Positions 9,978-18,230 of a stretch of 39,828 nucleotides of DNA are shown piece by piece. The stretch comes from Dehalococcoidia bacterium (GTDB lineage: Bacteria; Chloroflexota; Dehalococcoidia; UBA2247; RBG-13-53-26), in assembly GCA_041478585.1 (NCBI GenBank), contig JBGOWL010000001.1, positions 1-39,828 of the forward strand, in the 5' to 3' direction. The notes under the pieces were generated by a model. That model saw only the letters and a program-made list of their open reading frames with translations. It had not been told where the DNA came from and did not search any database. Position numbers and translations under genes: made by a program. The stretch's first letter is position 1; each line of letters opens with the position of its first letter.

Positions 9978-10074
9978 CATTTGACCGCTCGTATGCATAT
10001 TATTCGCACAGTGTAGCTGTAAGCACGAGGAAGTGTGCCCAGTTGCGCGAGAAAAACAAAAAGGAGGGTGAATC

Positions 10075-10218
10075 ATGCCGCAAGCCTACTGTGTGAAGTG
10101 CCGCAAGAAGAGGGAGATTCAGAATCCGAGACAGGTCACTCTGAAGAACAAGCGGCCAGCCGTAAGTGGCACCTGCCCGGTGTGCAAGACCAAGGTATTT
10201 CGGATCGGCAAAGGCTAG
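10075..10218 (+). CDS. small zinc-ribbon protein (DUF5679-like), 47 aa; not in the ORF track
   Basis: AGGAGG lies 7 nt upstream of ATG 10075. Translation is MPQAYCVKCRKKREIQNPRQVTLKNKRPAVSGTCPVCKTKVFRIGKG, with two CxxC pairs, ending at TAG 10216-10218. Confidence 0.6.
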   Translation: MPQAYCVKCRKKREIQNPRQVTLKNKRPAVSGTCPVCKTKVFRIGKG

Positions 10219-10283
10219 AGTCTGCCTCAAGGTGGTTGAGGTGGCAGCCTGAGCTGGGCTTAGTGTTGGTATTATGTAGTGAG

Positions 10284-10321
10284 GTCACTCAGGAGGTGCT
10301 CTTATTATCTTCCTGAGTGAC
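10284..10321. terminator. hairpin with an 11-bp perfect stem downstream of the small zinc-ribbon gene
   Basis: GTCACTCAGGA (10284-10294), a 16-nt loop, then TCCTGAGTGAC (10311-10321). Only a weak T-rich run follows (ccaaggTTTaggTTT). Confidence 0.4.
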
Positions 10322-10324
10322 CAA

Positions 10325-10720
10325 GGTTTAGGTTTACTGTCTACTGGTTGGCGTGGAGCCTTGCCTGTGAATTGCAGGGGGACTTGTTGTAGATACCCAC
10401 GGGCAGAGCCCGTGGCACTTGTTGATGACAAGCTTTGCTTGACGCCCTACGGGCGAGTTCTCATTCCCCCACGGGCAAGCTCGTGGAACCCTGCCCTTCG
10501 GGTTATTGGATGGACTTTCATGCTCGGGAATGTACCCCATCCTGTGAGCCTTGACCGAAGAAGGCTGCTGTAGCGCTACTATCAGTGATTTCATGTTTCT
10601 CTCTCCTCTTCGATCTCCGAGTGAGGATACTGGTCTTTCTTGGGTCATCATTCGTTTTTGTCCGTAGCCATCTGTTGACTCTTGCCCTCCTGCTCTGCTC
10701 ATATAGAAATCCTTCGGATC
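10325..10720. other. structured non-coding region (candidate ncRNA, class and strand unassigned)
   Basis: No convincing CDS. Consecutive stem-loops: 10397-10415 (7 bp), 10418-10432 (5 bp), 10443-10455 (5 bp), 10469-10486 (5 bp), 10487-10504 (5 bp), 10508-10542 (6 bp) and 10547-10566 (6 bp). The motif CCCACGGGCA occurs twice (10396, 10468), with a variant CCCTACGGGCG at 10445. Confidence 0.3.
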
Positions 10721-10992
10721 CAATGCTATTGCCTTGCGGTCGGAATGTGTCTTGATTCGGCAGAGTCTGTGCCCAGTGACCGCGAGGGGGTGTGACTGGG
10801 GAGACGCTGGCTCGGTTGTCGATGGTTGTGTTTACGCAGTCTTTCAGACAGTGATTCGGACAACCCTTCTCTTGTCTGTCGGTGGAGTTTCAATGCTTGT
10901 GGAGAGTCTGCGAGTGGCCTGGAATATCGGTCTTTGCTGGACACCTGGAATTCAGCTGTTGGCCTGAAGGTGAACGAATGCTTGTCCTGGCG

Positions 10993-11709
10993 TCACTGAG
11001 GACTGGCTGCTTCTTCGCGGGGTTCGCCGATGATGGGGTGGACGACGGGATCAAAGATAATGTTGTCACCGGCCTGTTTGAGGGATTCATGGACATCAAA
11101 GTCTAAGGTGAGAGATGTGGTGCGATCAGCCTGAATTTCGAAGGGGCCAACGAGTTTGAGTATACCACTTGGCAGGTGTATTTCGGCGTTGCTACCATCG
11201 ACAGTGACGTTGTCCAAAGTCAGCCGTATCTGGGTGTAATGGCCTGCCTCAAGCTCGTTGTCCCCCAGTAGCTCCTTCACATCCTGGAGCTGGAGTGCTA
11301 CCAGATCAAAGGTCCTATTGTCCGGGATCACTGTTATCCAGGATTGTTCGTCATCAACATTATCACTGTCACCGGCACTGTGAACCTGTACTTGAGAAAC
11401 GGTTACGTTCACGGATGAAACCTCTCCTGGTGCATCAGTCACCCAAATCTCCAGTGTGCCTGACATGGTCTTAGTAGGTGACATAAGGGGAAGTATGACA
11501 AAATAGGCGATGAGTCCTATAGCCAGGGCTATGGCAACTGGTGCCCATACCAGAGGTCTGAGCCAAAGAGGCTGCGGTCTGGGCTGGCTGCCTGCGGTGT
11601 CAATCAGATGCTTGCGTAGTCGCTCCTTGAATTCAGATGACGCACTTGCTGGTTTGTAGGCTTCCTTTAGCATTTTCTTCAGGCCATCTTCGTTGTTATG
11701 ATCTAGCAT
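10993..11709 (-). CDS. membrane-anchored DUF4382-domain protein with an anti-sigma-like N-terminus
   Basis: 238 aa: a short cytoplasmic N-terminus, one TM (LVWAPVAIALAIGLIAYFVIL), then a region matching the remembered DUF4382 pattern (FDLVALQ..., AGHYTQIRLTL, LPSGILKL, LTLDFDVHESL). It sits directly downstream of a sigma-factor remnant. Confidence 0.7.
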   Translation of the reverse strand: MLDHNNEDGLKKMLKEAYKPASASSEFKERLRKHLIDTAGSQPRPQPLWLRPLVWAPVAIALAIGLIAYFVILPLMSPTKTMSGTLEIWVTDAPGEVSSVNVTVSQVQVHSAGDSDNVDDEQSWITVIPDNRTFDLVALQLQDVKELLGDNELEAGHYTQIRLTLDNVTVDGSNAEIHLPSGILKLVGPFEIQADRTTSLTLDFDVHESLKQAGDNIIFDPVVHPIIGEPREEAASPQ

Positions 11710-11749
11710 ATTGTCCCTCTACCCGTATAGTCGTTTTACCCTGTCATTA

Positions 11750-11953
11750 TCACTTGCTTAGCGCATGCAATTTGGCCTGCAAGGATTTTAGTGTTCGGGC
11801 CAGCAGTCCCTCAATTGACTTTGGGGAGCGGCCCACGATTCGGCCCATTTCTAAGACGGACATTTCCTCAACGTACTTGAGTACTGGGACCTGCTCATAA
11901 TCCCAGGGCAAGCTGGCTATGGCTTGCTGGACGAGTGTGCTAGTGTAGTGTCT
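11750..11953 (-). pseudogene. truncated ECF sigma factor (region 4 only)
   Basis: My translation of the minus strand is ...TLVQQAIASLPWDYEQVPVLKYVEEMSVLEMGRIVGRSPKSIEGLLARTLKSLQAKLHALSK* (stop 11750-11752), a sigma70 region-4 HTH. An in-frame TAG lies at 11954-11956 with no start codon, and no region-2 sequence appears in any upstream frame. Confidence 0.6.
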
Positions 11954-12059
11954 CTAACACTTCGTTAGCTCGTCGAACCTTGCGAAGAATGGTTTTCAGG
12001 GAAGCCATACAGACGAGGACGAGAACTATACTGATGAAATTTAGGAATCACTACACTAG
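11940..12059. repeat. 120-bp element bounded by 11-bp perfect terminal inverted repeats (MITE-like or insertion scar)
   Basis: CTAGTGTAGTG (11940-11950) and CACTACACTAG (12049-12059) are exact reverse complements, with imperfect extension inward (TCTCTAA / ATTCCTAA). The left repeat coincides with the 5' break of the sigma remnant. Confidence 0.4.
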
Positions 12060-12629
12060 TGGGGACAAGTATGATTGGGTGGAACTGACAGGGATTATTG
12101 ACAAGGGAAACAGGGCACAATAGGATGTAAGCAACAACGTAATTAGTCTGGGTCAAGGGGTGGTATGGGTCATGAGCAGGAAATCAAGAAGGGCAAAGTG
12201 GAAAAGGCGGAGTGATCGCCAGGTTGTGTACAGGAGAGATGCTGGGCAACTCTTAGAGACAGTAGCTGTTCCAGCCAAGCAGGCGTCTCCGGCCCAGATC
12301 TGGAATGATAACGACCGAACAGGAAAGGCGCTATAGGCATCTGGTGGTCTCTGATGTAAGGCGCACGGCTCTTGTTTCTGGGGTGGCTCTTTCGGTTCTT
12401 ACTATCCTTTGTGTGTTCTTGGGGTAAGGGCTGCGAGGATATTGCGTATAGTGGCGCTATTCTTGATTGACCTTTGATACCTGGCAGAGCGCTTGGTGCA
12501 GGCTTCAAGGGCATTCACAGTGTAGCCTTTTGGGGGTCTTTCTTTGTGCTACTGATCTGAGACCCACAGCTCTGGTATTCTCATCCGGGTTGCCCGTACA
12601 AATCCCGCAAAAGAAGGGTAATAGTTGGT

Positions 12630-12959
12630 TTGGTAGAGTCGCTGCTCGCTCTGGGTTTACTTCTCATTGTTGCCAAGTTATTGGAGGGCGTGGCTATTTG
12701 CCTGCGACAGAGTTCTCTAGTGGCATATGTTGCGGCGGGTATCATACTTGGATCTGTCCTGGGTTTAATAGAACCGACCGACAACAATTTCCCTGAGCTG
12801 TTTATCTTCTTTGGCATCGGGGTGATCTTCATGTTCTTCCTCATCGGCGTTGACGAGATGGGGAAGATGAGAGCACTTGTTCAGATGAACAAGCTCCACA
12901 GGCCGAAGAGAGAAAGAGAAGTAGTTGAAGAAATGACAAAACTCGATTTTGGGGGATAA
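12630..12959 (+). pseudogene. N-terminal fragment of a CPA2-type cation/H+ antiporter (Kef/NhaP-like)
   Basis: The first ~75 aa (LLALGLLLIVAKLLEGVAICLRQSSLVAYVAAGIILGSVLGLI...LFIFFGIGVIFMFFLIGVDE) match the TM1-TM3 pattern of Na_H_Exchanger proteins. It then diverges into a charged tail and stops at 109 aa, whereas full-length proteins exceed 380 aa. Confidence 0.5.
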
Positions 12960-12961
12960 GA

Positions 12962-13777
12962 TTGGAACATCTTCTAGTAGACTGGCAGCAGGTTGCAGTG
13001 CGTGTTACGAGTGCGAGACATATTCTGATCGTCAGCGATTTTGATGGCACACTTGCCCCAATCGCAGGGAGACCGGGTGAAGCGATACTGCCTGAAAGAA
13101 CAAAAGAACTCCTACAGGCTCTGGCCAAGAAGCCCAATGTCGTCATAGGAATCGTCAGTGGTCGGGCTTTGGATGATCTGAGGAGCAAGGTCGGTATTGA
13201 AGGGATAACCTATGCCGGTAATCATGGGCTGGAAATAGAGGGACCAGAGGTTGTCTTTGTGAATCCACTAGCAGAGCAGACCAGATTTACCATGCAAAGG
13301 CTGTACAGAGTGTTGAGTCGTGCTCTAAGTGGGATCGGAGGTGTGGTCATAGAGGATAAACGTCTTACTCTGAGTGTGCACTACCGTTTGGTGGACGAAG
13401 AGAAGGCCGGCCAGGTGGAGAATCTGTTCAGTCAGATTGTAGACAAAATGCGAGCCGCGGGCAGAATAAGGACTACTTACGGTAAGAAGGTGCTGGAGGT
13501 GAGGCCTGCTGTGGACTGGGACAAGGGCAAAGCCATATCCCTGATGTTGGACAGGCAGGTGAATGCCAGTGGCGAAGGAGGATTCCTGCCGATCTTCATG
13601 GGTGATGATGTTACGGATGAGGATGGCTTCGCTGCCATAGAGGATCGCGGTGGTATCTCGGTCTTTGTTGGAAACGAGAAAGACAACAGCGCTGCTCAAT
13701 ACTTCGTAGAGTCACCGGCAGAGGTTCAGCAATTGCTGGGCCAATTGCTGAACCTGATTGAAGCCGGTCACGCCTAG
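12962..13777 (+). CDS. otsB: trehalose-6-phosphate phosphatase (HAD-IIB)
   Basis: ILIVSDFDGTLAP (DxDGT motif I), GNHGLEI, VLEVRPAVDWDKGKA and GDDVTDEDGF (motif IV). TTG start with GGGGGA upstream. Confidence 0.85.
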   Translation: MEHLLVDWQQVAVRVTSARHILIVSDFDGTLAPIAGRPGEAILPERTKELLQALAKKPNVVIGIVSGRALDDLRSKVGIEGITYAGNHGLEIEGPEVVFVNPLAEQTRFTMQRLYRVLSRALSGIGGVVIEDKRLTLSVHYRLVDEEKAGQVENLFSQIVDKMRAAGRIRTTYGKKVLEVRPAVDWDKGKAISLMLDRQVNASGEGGFLPIFMGDDVTDEDGFAAIEDRGGISVFVGNEKDNSAAQYFVESPAEVQQLLGQLLNLIEAGHA

Positions 13778-13790
13778 TTGGTGCGCTAGT

Positions 13791-14534
13791 ATGCCATGTG
13801 AAGCCATAATATGTGATTGGAACGGGACGATAATAGAGTATCGGGACGAGAAGCCCATACTGAAGAGCATAGCCACAGGTCTTTTCAAGGATGCCATACC
13901 GTTTCATCCTCTCAGGATTGTCTGCATTCTCAGGGCGCAGCAGGAATTGGAGAGGCTGTATAGAGAAAGGCGTCGTGGAACTGGCTTTGATTTCGTGAGG
14001 GAGATGTTCAGGGTTTTCAATGGGAAGATAGTAGGTGGCGTGCCAATTCACTTGATACGCCGCTCGGTAGAGGGGTATGCTGCCGAGCCACGAACTCAGG
14101 GCATGCTGGACCAAAGGATTCTGAGACCGGTTGGGGAGGCTCACCAGGCCGGCAAGGTCACCGGGATCTTCTCTGCCGGCTACAGGTATGGTATAGAAAG
14201 GATTCTAACAGTTGCTGGTTACCATGAGTGTTTTGATTTCTATGAGGCGGACGATTTCAGGGAGGAGAATGGCAAGGCTATTGAATTTGCGCTGAGAATC
14301 TATAGGAACAAGCCCATGGTGCTGCTGAATTTGCTCAGGGACAGGAATCTGGATGCGAGGAGGGTGGCCTATCTTGGTGACAGTGAGGACGATGAGGGCT
14401 GCTTTGAGATCGTGAAATACCCGATCGTACCCTTTCTAGCCCCAGAAGAACTGAAGCAGCGCTACGCCCAAAAATATCAAGCTTTTGTCCCTGATAGTGA
14501 GAAGGACTTGGCTGACTACCTCAGGAATGCATAG
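13791..14534 (+). CDS. HAD-superfamily hydrolase-like protein with an atypical motif I
   Basis: AIICDWNGTI (DxNGT instead of DxDGT) and YLGDSEDDEGCF (motif IV). I place the start at ATG 13791 rather than 13758 to avoid overlap with otsB. Confidence 0.65.
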   Translation: MPCEAIICDWNGTIIEYRDEKPILKSIATGLFKDAIPFHPLRIVCILRAQQELERLYRERRRGTGFDFVREMFRVFNGKIVGGVPIHLIRRSVEGYAAEPRTQGMLDQRILRPVGEAHQAGKVTGIFSAGYRYGIERILTVAGYHECFDFYEADDFREENGKAIEFALRIYRNKPMVLLNLLRDRNLDARRVAYLGDSEDDEGCFEIVKYPIVPFLAPEELKQRYAQKYQAFVPDSEKDLADYLRNA

Positions 14535-14573
14535 CGTATTTCGAACTGCCTCCAATCTGAATCCGCAGGATGC

Positions 14574-16466
14574 TTACTGTAAGACCACCTCGTTGATCTC
14601 ATTCAGGTTCTCCAGATCGTTCATCTTTATCTTCGCATCTGATATGGTGTAGAGGATGTCATCTATGTAGAGAGACCTCTCAACAGAACAGTCGGTGGAA
14701 TAATAGTAGCCATATTGGCCAAAATCTGCGTCGGTGGAATGGGTGATCCCGCCCCTAAATTGCAGACCCTCCTCCAGGGAAATGCTGAACACATAGGCAC
14801 CCTGCCAGACACCCTCTCCATAAGCATAAGGAGGAATTCCATATGGATATGCTGTGGCATCTATTTCAGCTACCAGAACAGGGATCACAAGAAGGTTCTT
14901 CGCTTTGTCAAACAGGAGGGCTTTGTGGTCTTGCAGGACCGGTGAATCAGTCCCCCTGTCGCCGATTTCATATTTGCCTATTTCCTTTGGCTTACTAACA
15001 TCGCTGACATCAAAGAGGGATATCTTCACACCTTGATACCAGGCGAAATCTCCCTCCTCTGCGGCTACGGCCTCCTTACCTATCCCAATAACGTGGTTTT
15101 CATCATAGGGGTGGAGGTAATCCGAATAGCCTGTTATCTTCAATTCTCCCAGAACCTTGGGATTGTAGGGGTCTTTCAGGTCTATGACAAATAACGGATC
15201 GATGTTCTTGAAGGTTACCAGATAGCATCTGTTGCCCATGAACCTGGCCGAGTGAATCTGCTCCCCAGGAGCCAGGTCTTCCAGTTGTCCGACTACGTTA
15301 AGAGCTTCGTCGAGGACATAGACCTGATTCGTGAGAGTCGCACCACCTTCTCTGCTGAAATGATCGGTTGTAGTGGCTACTCTGAAGTAACCTTGATGCT
15401 CATCCATGGAGAATTGGTTCAGTAGTCTGCCAGGAACCTCTCCGCTGCCGTCATATTCGATCACACCGCCATCAATATGAATTCTATGAACAGCAGTTTT
15501 CGGCGCATCGTAGACTACTTCTGCCATCTGCTCCGGCAGCGCAACGATATCTACAGCTTGTCCGGGGAAAGTAACGTAGATGTTGGTCATTGAAACGTAG
15601 AGGCTGCTGGCAGCTCCCACCAGCAGTGTCTGATGAACTGGCTCCTGCGCATCATCTTTCATATTCACTGCCATGATGGTGGTGTACATGTATGAATAGT
15701 CGCTTATGTTGGAATGCCATATCTCCGAGGCAGGTATTTCCTCTGTGCTGTTAGGGTAATAGACCCTAGGGGTAATGACTTCATCATCGGCATCGCTTAC
15801 GAAGCCATTTACGATGACATAGGTATAGTTGCCTATCATCCTGGAACCAAAGTAGAAGCCATCCACCGCCACATCTCTTGTCAGGATCGGGGTTTCTCTG
15901 TCGGAGACGTCATACACTTTGATAGAGGTCTTCTGCGTTGTTTGGTAGTAGGGGGCAAGAAGATCCTGCCTTGTGGCATAGGCTTGTGTGCCATCTTCGA
16001 AAACCACCAAGCGATCTTCATTTATGAAAATGCCCGCAATCCTTCCGTCTAGTTCTATGTTGGAGAGTATGTGGGCTTCTTCAGGCGGGTAGGCCTTCAC
16101 GATTACAAGCCTATTGTCCAGAACCAGGTAGATGTACTCTCCGTCCGTCTTCACGATATCTGCCTCGTCGACACCTTCAACCTGGATATTTGTCTTTGAG
16201 TATTCTGAAGCATATGACGGCGCGGCCTCCCCATCTTCTATAGCCCCAAGGGTGAGCACATCACGCCATCCGTTGGTGTAGTAGTACGGATATGCTGCGT
16301 GGTTCTCCGCAAAATCTTCGAGATCTTGGTAGGAAGAGAACTGGCTGAGCTCTGTCGCCCCATGAGTCTGCGATCTCTCTGGTTTGCTCAGCCCCACTGC
16401 CAGTGCTGCTACGAAACCTGCCAGCAAACCCAGGTAAAGGAATTTCTTGACGTAGTCCCACTTCAT
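14574..16466 (-). CDS. secreted/anchored beta-propeller domain protein (PF09826-like)
   Basis: 630 aa with an N-terminal TM/signal anchor (FLYLGLLAGFVAALAVGL). TNIQVEGVDEADIVKTDGEYIYLV is the hallmark I recall for the beta-propeller family found in archaea and Chloroflexi. Confidence 0.75.
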   Translation of the reverse strand: MKWDYVKKFLYLGLLAGFVAALAVGLSKPERSQTHGATELSQFSSYQDLEDFAENHAAYPYYYTNGWRDVLTLGAIEDGEAAPSYASEYSKTNIQVEGVDEADIVKTDGEYIYLVLDNRLVIVKAYPPEEAHILSNIELDGRIAGIFINEDRLVVFEDGTQAYATRQDLLAPYYQTTQKTSIKVYDVSDRETPILTRDVAVDGFYFGSRMIGNYTYVIVNGFVSDADDEVITPRVYYPNSTEEIPASEIWHSNISDYSYMYTTIMAVNMKDDAQEPVHQTLLVGAASSLYVSMTNIYVTFPGQAVDIVALPEQMAEVVYDAPKTAVHRIHIDGGVIEYDGSGEVPGRLLNQFSMDEHQGYFRVATTTDHFSREGGATLTNQVYVLDEALNVVGQLEDLAPGEQIHSARFMGNRCYLVTFKNIDPLFVIDLKDPYNPKVLGELKITGYSDYLHPYDENHVIGIGKEAVAAEEGDFAWYQGVKISLFDVSDVSKPKEIGKYEIGDRGTDSPVLQDHKALLFDKAKNLLVIPVLVAEIDATAYPYGIPPYAYGEGVWQGAYVFSISLEEGLQFRGGITHSTDADFGQYGYYYSTDCSVERSLYIDDILYTISDAKIKMNDLENLNEINEVVLQ

Positions 16467-16676
16467 TTTCGTTCACCTCCACCAAGTCTGGTGATTTCCC
16501 CTTTTTATCAATGTAGACGAAACTCAATGGCAAAAAGTTCAATCTCATCACCAACAATGAATGCTGGAAAGGTTTGGCAACAGGTGATAGAATCTGTTGA
16601 GTTGTGATGGATGTGACAACGTCATACCCATCCTACTGCTTAGAATCCAACAATAGAAAGAGGAGGGGAGAAGGCC

Positions 16677-17315
16677 ATGCAAACTGCCGAATTTGATGCT
16701 CAGATTAGCGATTTGGAGAGCCAGATCGAAAGCCTAAAGGTGAAGATGGAAGATGTTTGTAGAGCATTCCTTCTGGCTACTGGCAAGTTTGCAGCCCAAT
16801 GGTTCGAAGATCGAGCGGAGCGGGCTGTGACCACCAACCCCGAGACCACCAGGAAGGTTTCCGCAGAGCGTTTGAGGAAAATGAAGTCTGCTCTTGAGAG
16901 GCTGGTGCTTCGTATTCCCAGGATTGTTGGGAAACATGTCAATAATGACAAGTACTGGGCTCATCGTGATGAAATGACTGACGACCTCTTCAGCTACTTT
17001 GGGCGCTATCGAGTCTATGGGCGAAGTGTTCCCGATGAGCTGGACAATGCGGTGCGCGAGGTACTCGGGTATGTGGGAAGTCTGCTGGCAGAGTATGGCC
17101 TTGCTGAGGTTGGAGAGTATAAGGAATGGGCAATTGACTATCCGGGACCTCACCCCAAGTACAGACGTGAGTATAGCTGGTCGGAGGAAATGAATATCGC
17201 GTTGATGCGGTATTCGGAACTCCATGCTAAACTGCTGAAGCTCAGCCAGGCGCTCAAGGAAGTGAAGAACCAGAAAGCTGAAGCCGAGGCGAAGAGCTTG
17301 TGGGATAAGGCCTGA
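16677..17315 (+). CDS. hypothetical protein with coiled-coil ends
   Basis: 212 aa, ATG preceded by GAGGAGGGGAG. Heptad-like N- and C-terminal segments; no family recognised. Confidence 0.5.
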   Translation: MQTAEFDAQISDLESQIESLKVKMEDVCRAFLLATGKFAAQWFEDRAERAVTTNPETTRKVSAERLRKMKSALERLVLRIPRIVGKHVNNDKYWAHRDEMTDDLFSYFGRYRVYGRSVPDELDNAVREVLGYVGSLLAEYGLAEVGEYKEWAIDYPGPHPKYRREYSWSEEMNIALMRYSELHAKLLKLSQALKEVKNQKAEAEAKSLWDKA

Positions 17316-17378
17316 GCCTCATTAGGCTCTGGCAAGAGCGACCAGTGGACGGGAGTGGTGGCAGGTATCTCACTGGCT

Positions 17379-18104
17379 TCAGGACTTCAAATCACCCTTC
17401 ATTCCGATGGTTATCTCCCTGAGAGGGATGTCCTTGTTGCTCAGGTGTATTGCCTGCTTTGCCATATGGGTTAGTCCAGAGCAGCAGGGTACCTCCATGC
17501 GCAGGACGGTAAGGTTCTTTACCTGTGAATGACGCAGAATATCTACTAGCTTCCTTTGATGAGCTTCGAAGTCGTCCAGTTTGGGGCAAGCCACCAGCAA
17601 AGCACGGTTCCTGAGGAAGTCTTGATGGAAATTGGCGTAGGCAAAGGGGACGCAGTCGGCTACCAGCAGCAGGTCAGCCCCCTTGAGGAAGGGTGCAGTG
17701 GGAGGCACCAAAGAAAGCTGCACTGGCCAGTGACCCAGGGTGGACGGTTGATGTACGGCCTCTCGAGAGCCAGACTCTCCTGCCCTTTGTGTTTCAAACT
17801 GGGTGACACTAGCGGAAGCACAACCGCAAGGAAGCTTCTCTCTGTCATGCCCTGCTTCCTCTGAATGGTGTTTTGCCGCCTCTTCGTCGAACTCCTCTGC
17901 TTCCCGTTCCTCTACGCTGATAGCACCTTGGGGGCATTCTCCCAGACAGGCCCCAAGGCCATCACAGTATTTCTCCCTGATGAGTTTTGCTTTGCCGTCG
18001 ACAATCTGAATAGCCCCCTCAGCACAGGCTGGAACACAAATGCCACAGCCATCGCACTTCTCCTCGTCTATTCTTACGATCTTTCTATATGCCTTGGTTT
18101 CCAA
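17379..18104 (-). CDS. 2x[4Fe-4S] ferredoxin-domain protein with a Cys-containing C-terminal domain
   Basis: CDGCGICVPACAEGAI and CDGLGACLGECPQGAI cluster motifs. The C-terminal LLLVADCVPFAYANF...ACPKLDD...MEVPCCSGL domain is as in ferredoxin-like proteins often found beside Crp/Fnr regulators. Confidence 0.75.
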   Translation of the reverse strand: METKAYRKIVRIDEEKCDGCGICVPACAEGAIQIVDGKAKLIREKYCDGLGACLGECPQGAISVEEREAEEFDEEAAKHHSEEAGHDREKLPCGCASASVTQFETQRAGESGSREAVHQPSTLGHWPVQLSLVPPTAPFLKGADLLLVADCVPFAYANFHQDFLRNRALLVACPKLDDFEAHQRKLVDILRHSQVKNLTVLRMEVPCCSGLTHMAKQAIHLSNKDIPLREITIGMKGDLKS

Positions 18105-18230
18105 TTTTCGTACCCTCCCCTATTATGGACCAGCGCAGCACCTGCAATCAGGTGTTGACTTTGAATTCCCTCCGTTTGCCGATAGGGTGATCTAAACTCC
18201 TACACAGCTATGGTAGTGCTAAGCCAGGAT

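Noticed and set aside
10396-10486. Repeated CCCACGGGCA-containing hairpins considered as a mini CRISPR array.
   Set aside because: There are only two to three imperfect ~20-nt copies with irregular 22-49 nt spacing. There are no cas genes, and repeat length and regularity are inconsistent with CRISPR.
10325-10900. Short strings resembling conserved RNase P RNA / FMN-riboswitch motifs on the minus strand: GAAAGUCC near 10513-10520, GGGCAGGGU followed by a hairpin and GGGGGAA near 10465-10497, ACAGAUGGCUA near 10666-10676, and AAACUCCACC near 10876-10885.
   Set aside because: The motifs occur in the wrong 5'-3' order for RNase P (P4 3'-strand-like and P11-like strings lie upstream of the P4 5'-strand-like string). 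No GGGUGAAA-type J11/12 or P1-P3 pairing is found. The GAAAGUCC sits in a local GGAUGG/CCAUCC hairpin. An 8-mer match is expected by chance about once in this window. This needs Infernal to settle; I do not call RNase P or FMN.
10334-10944. Tracked minus-strand ORFs of 129 aa (10334-10723) and 72 aa (10726-10944). The latter is in the same frame as the DUF4382 gene beyond its TGA stop (about 93 further sense codons). There is also an internal ATG at 10594 preceded by GAGGAGAGAG.
   Set aside because: The translations are S/P/R/H/Q-rich, low complexity and without recognisable domains. No SECIS-like hairpin follows the TGA. Repeated CPWG/CPWV peptides simply mirror the nucleotide hairpin repeat. 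The purine tract explains the apparent RBS. Treated as non-coding.
12172-12336. 54-aa highly basic ORF (MSRKSRRAKWKRRSDRQVVYRRDAGQ...) and, on the opposite strand at about 12395-12530, a peptide (...YTVNALEACTKRSARYQRSIKNSATIRNILAAL). Both are vaguely reminiscent of integrase N-terminal or SAM-like segments.
   Set aside because: The resemblance is too weak and sits on conflicting strands. There is no catalytic RHRY region anywhere nearby. Left as part of the decay island.
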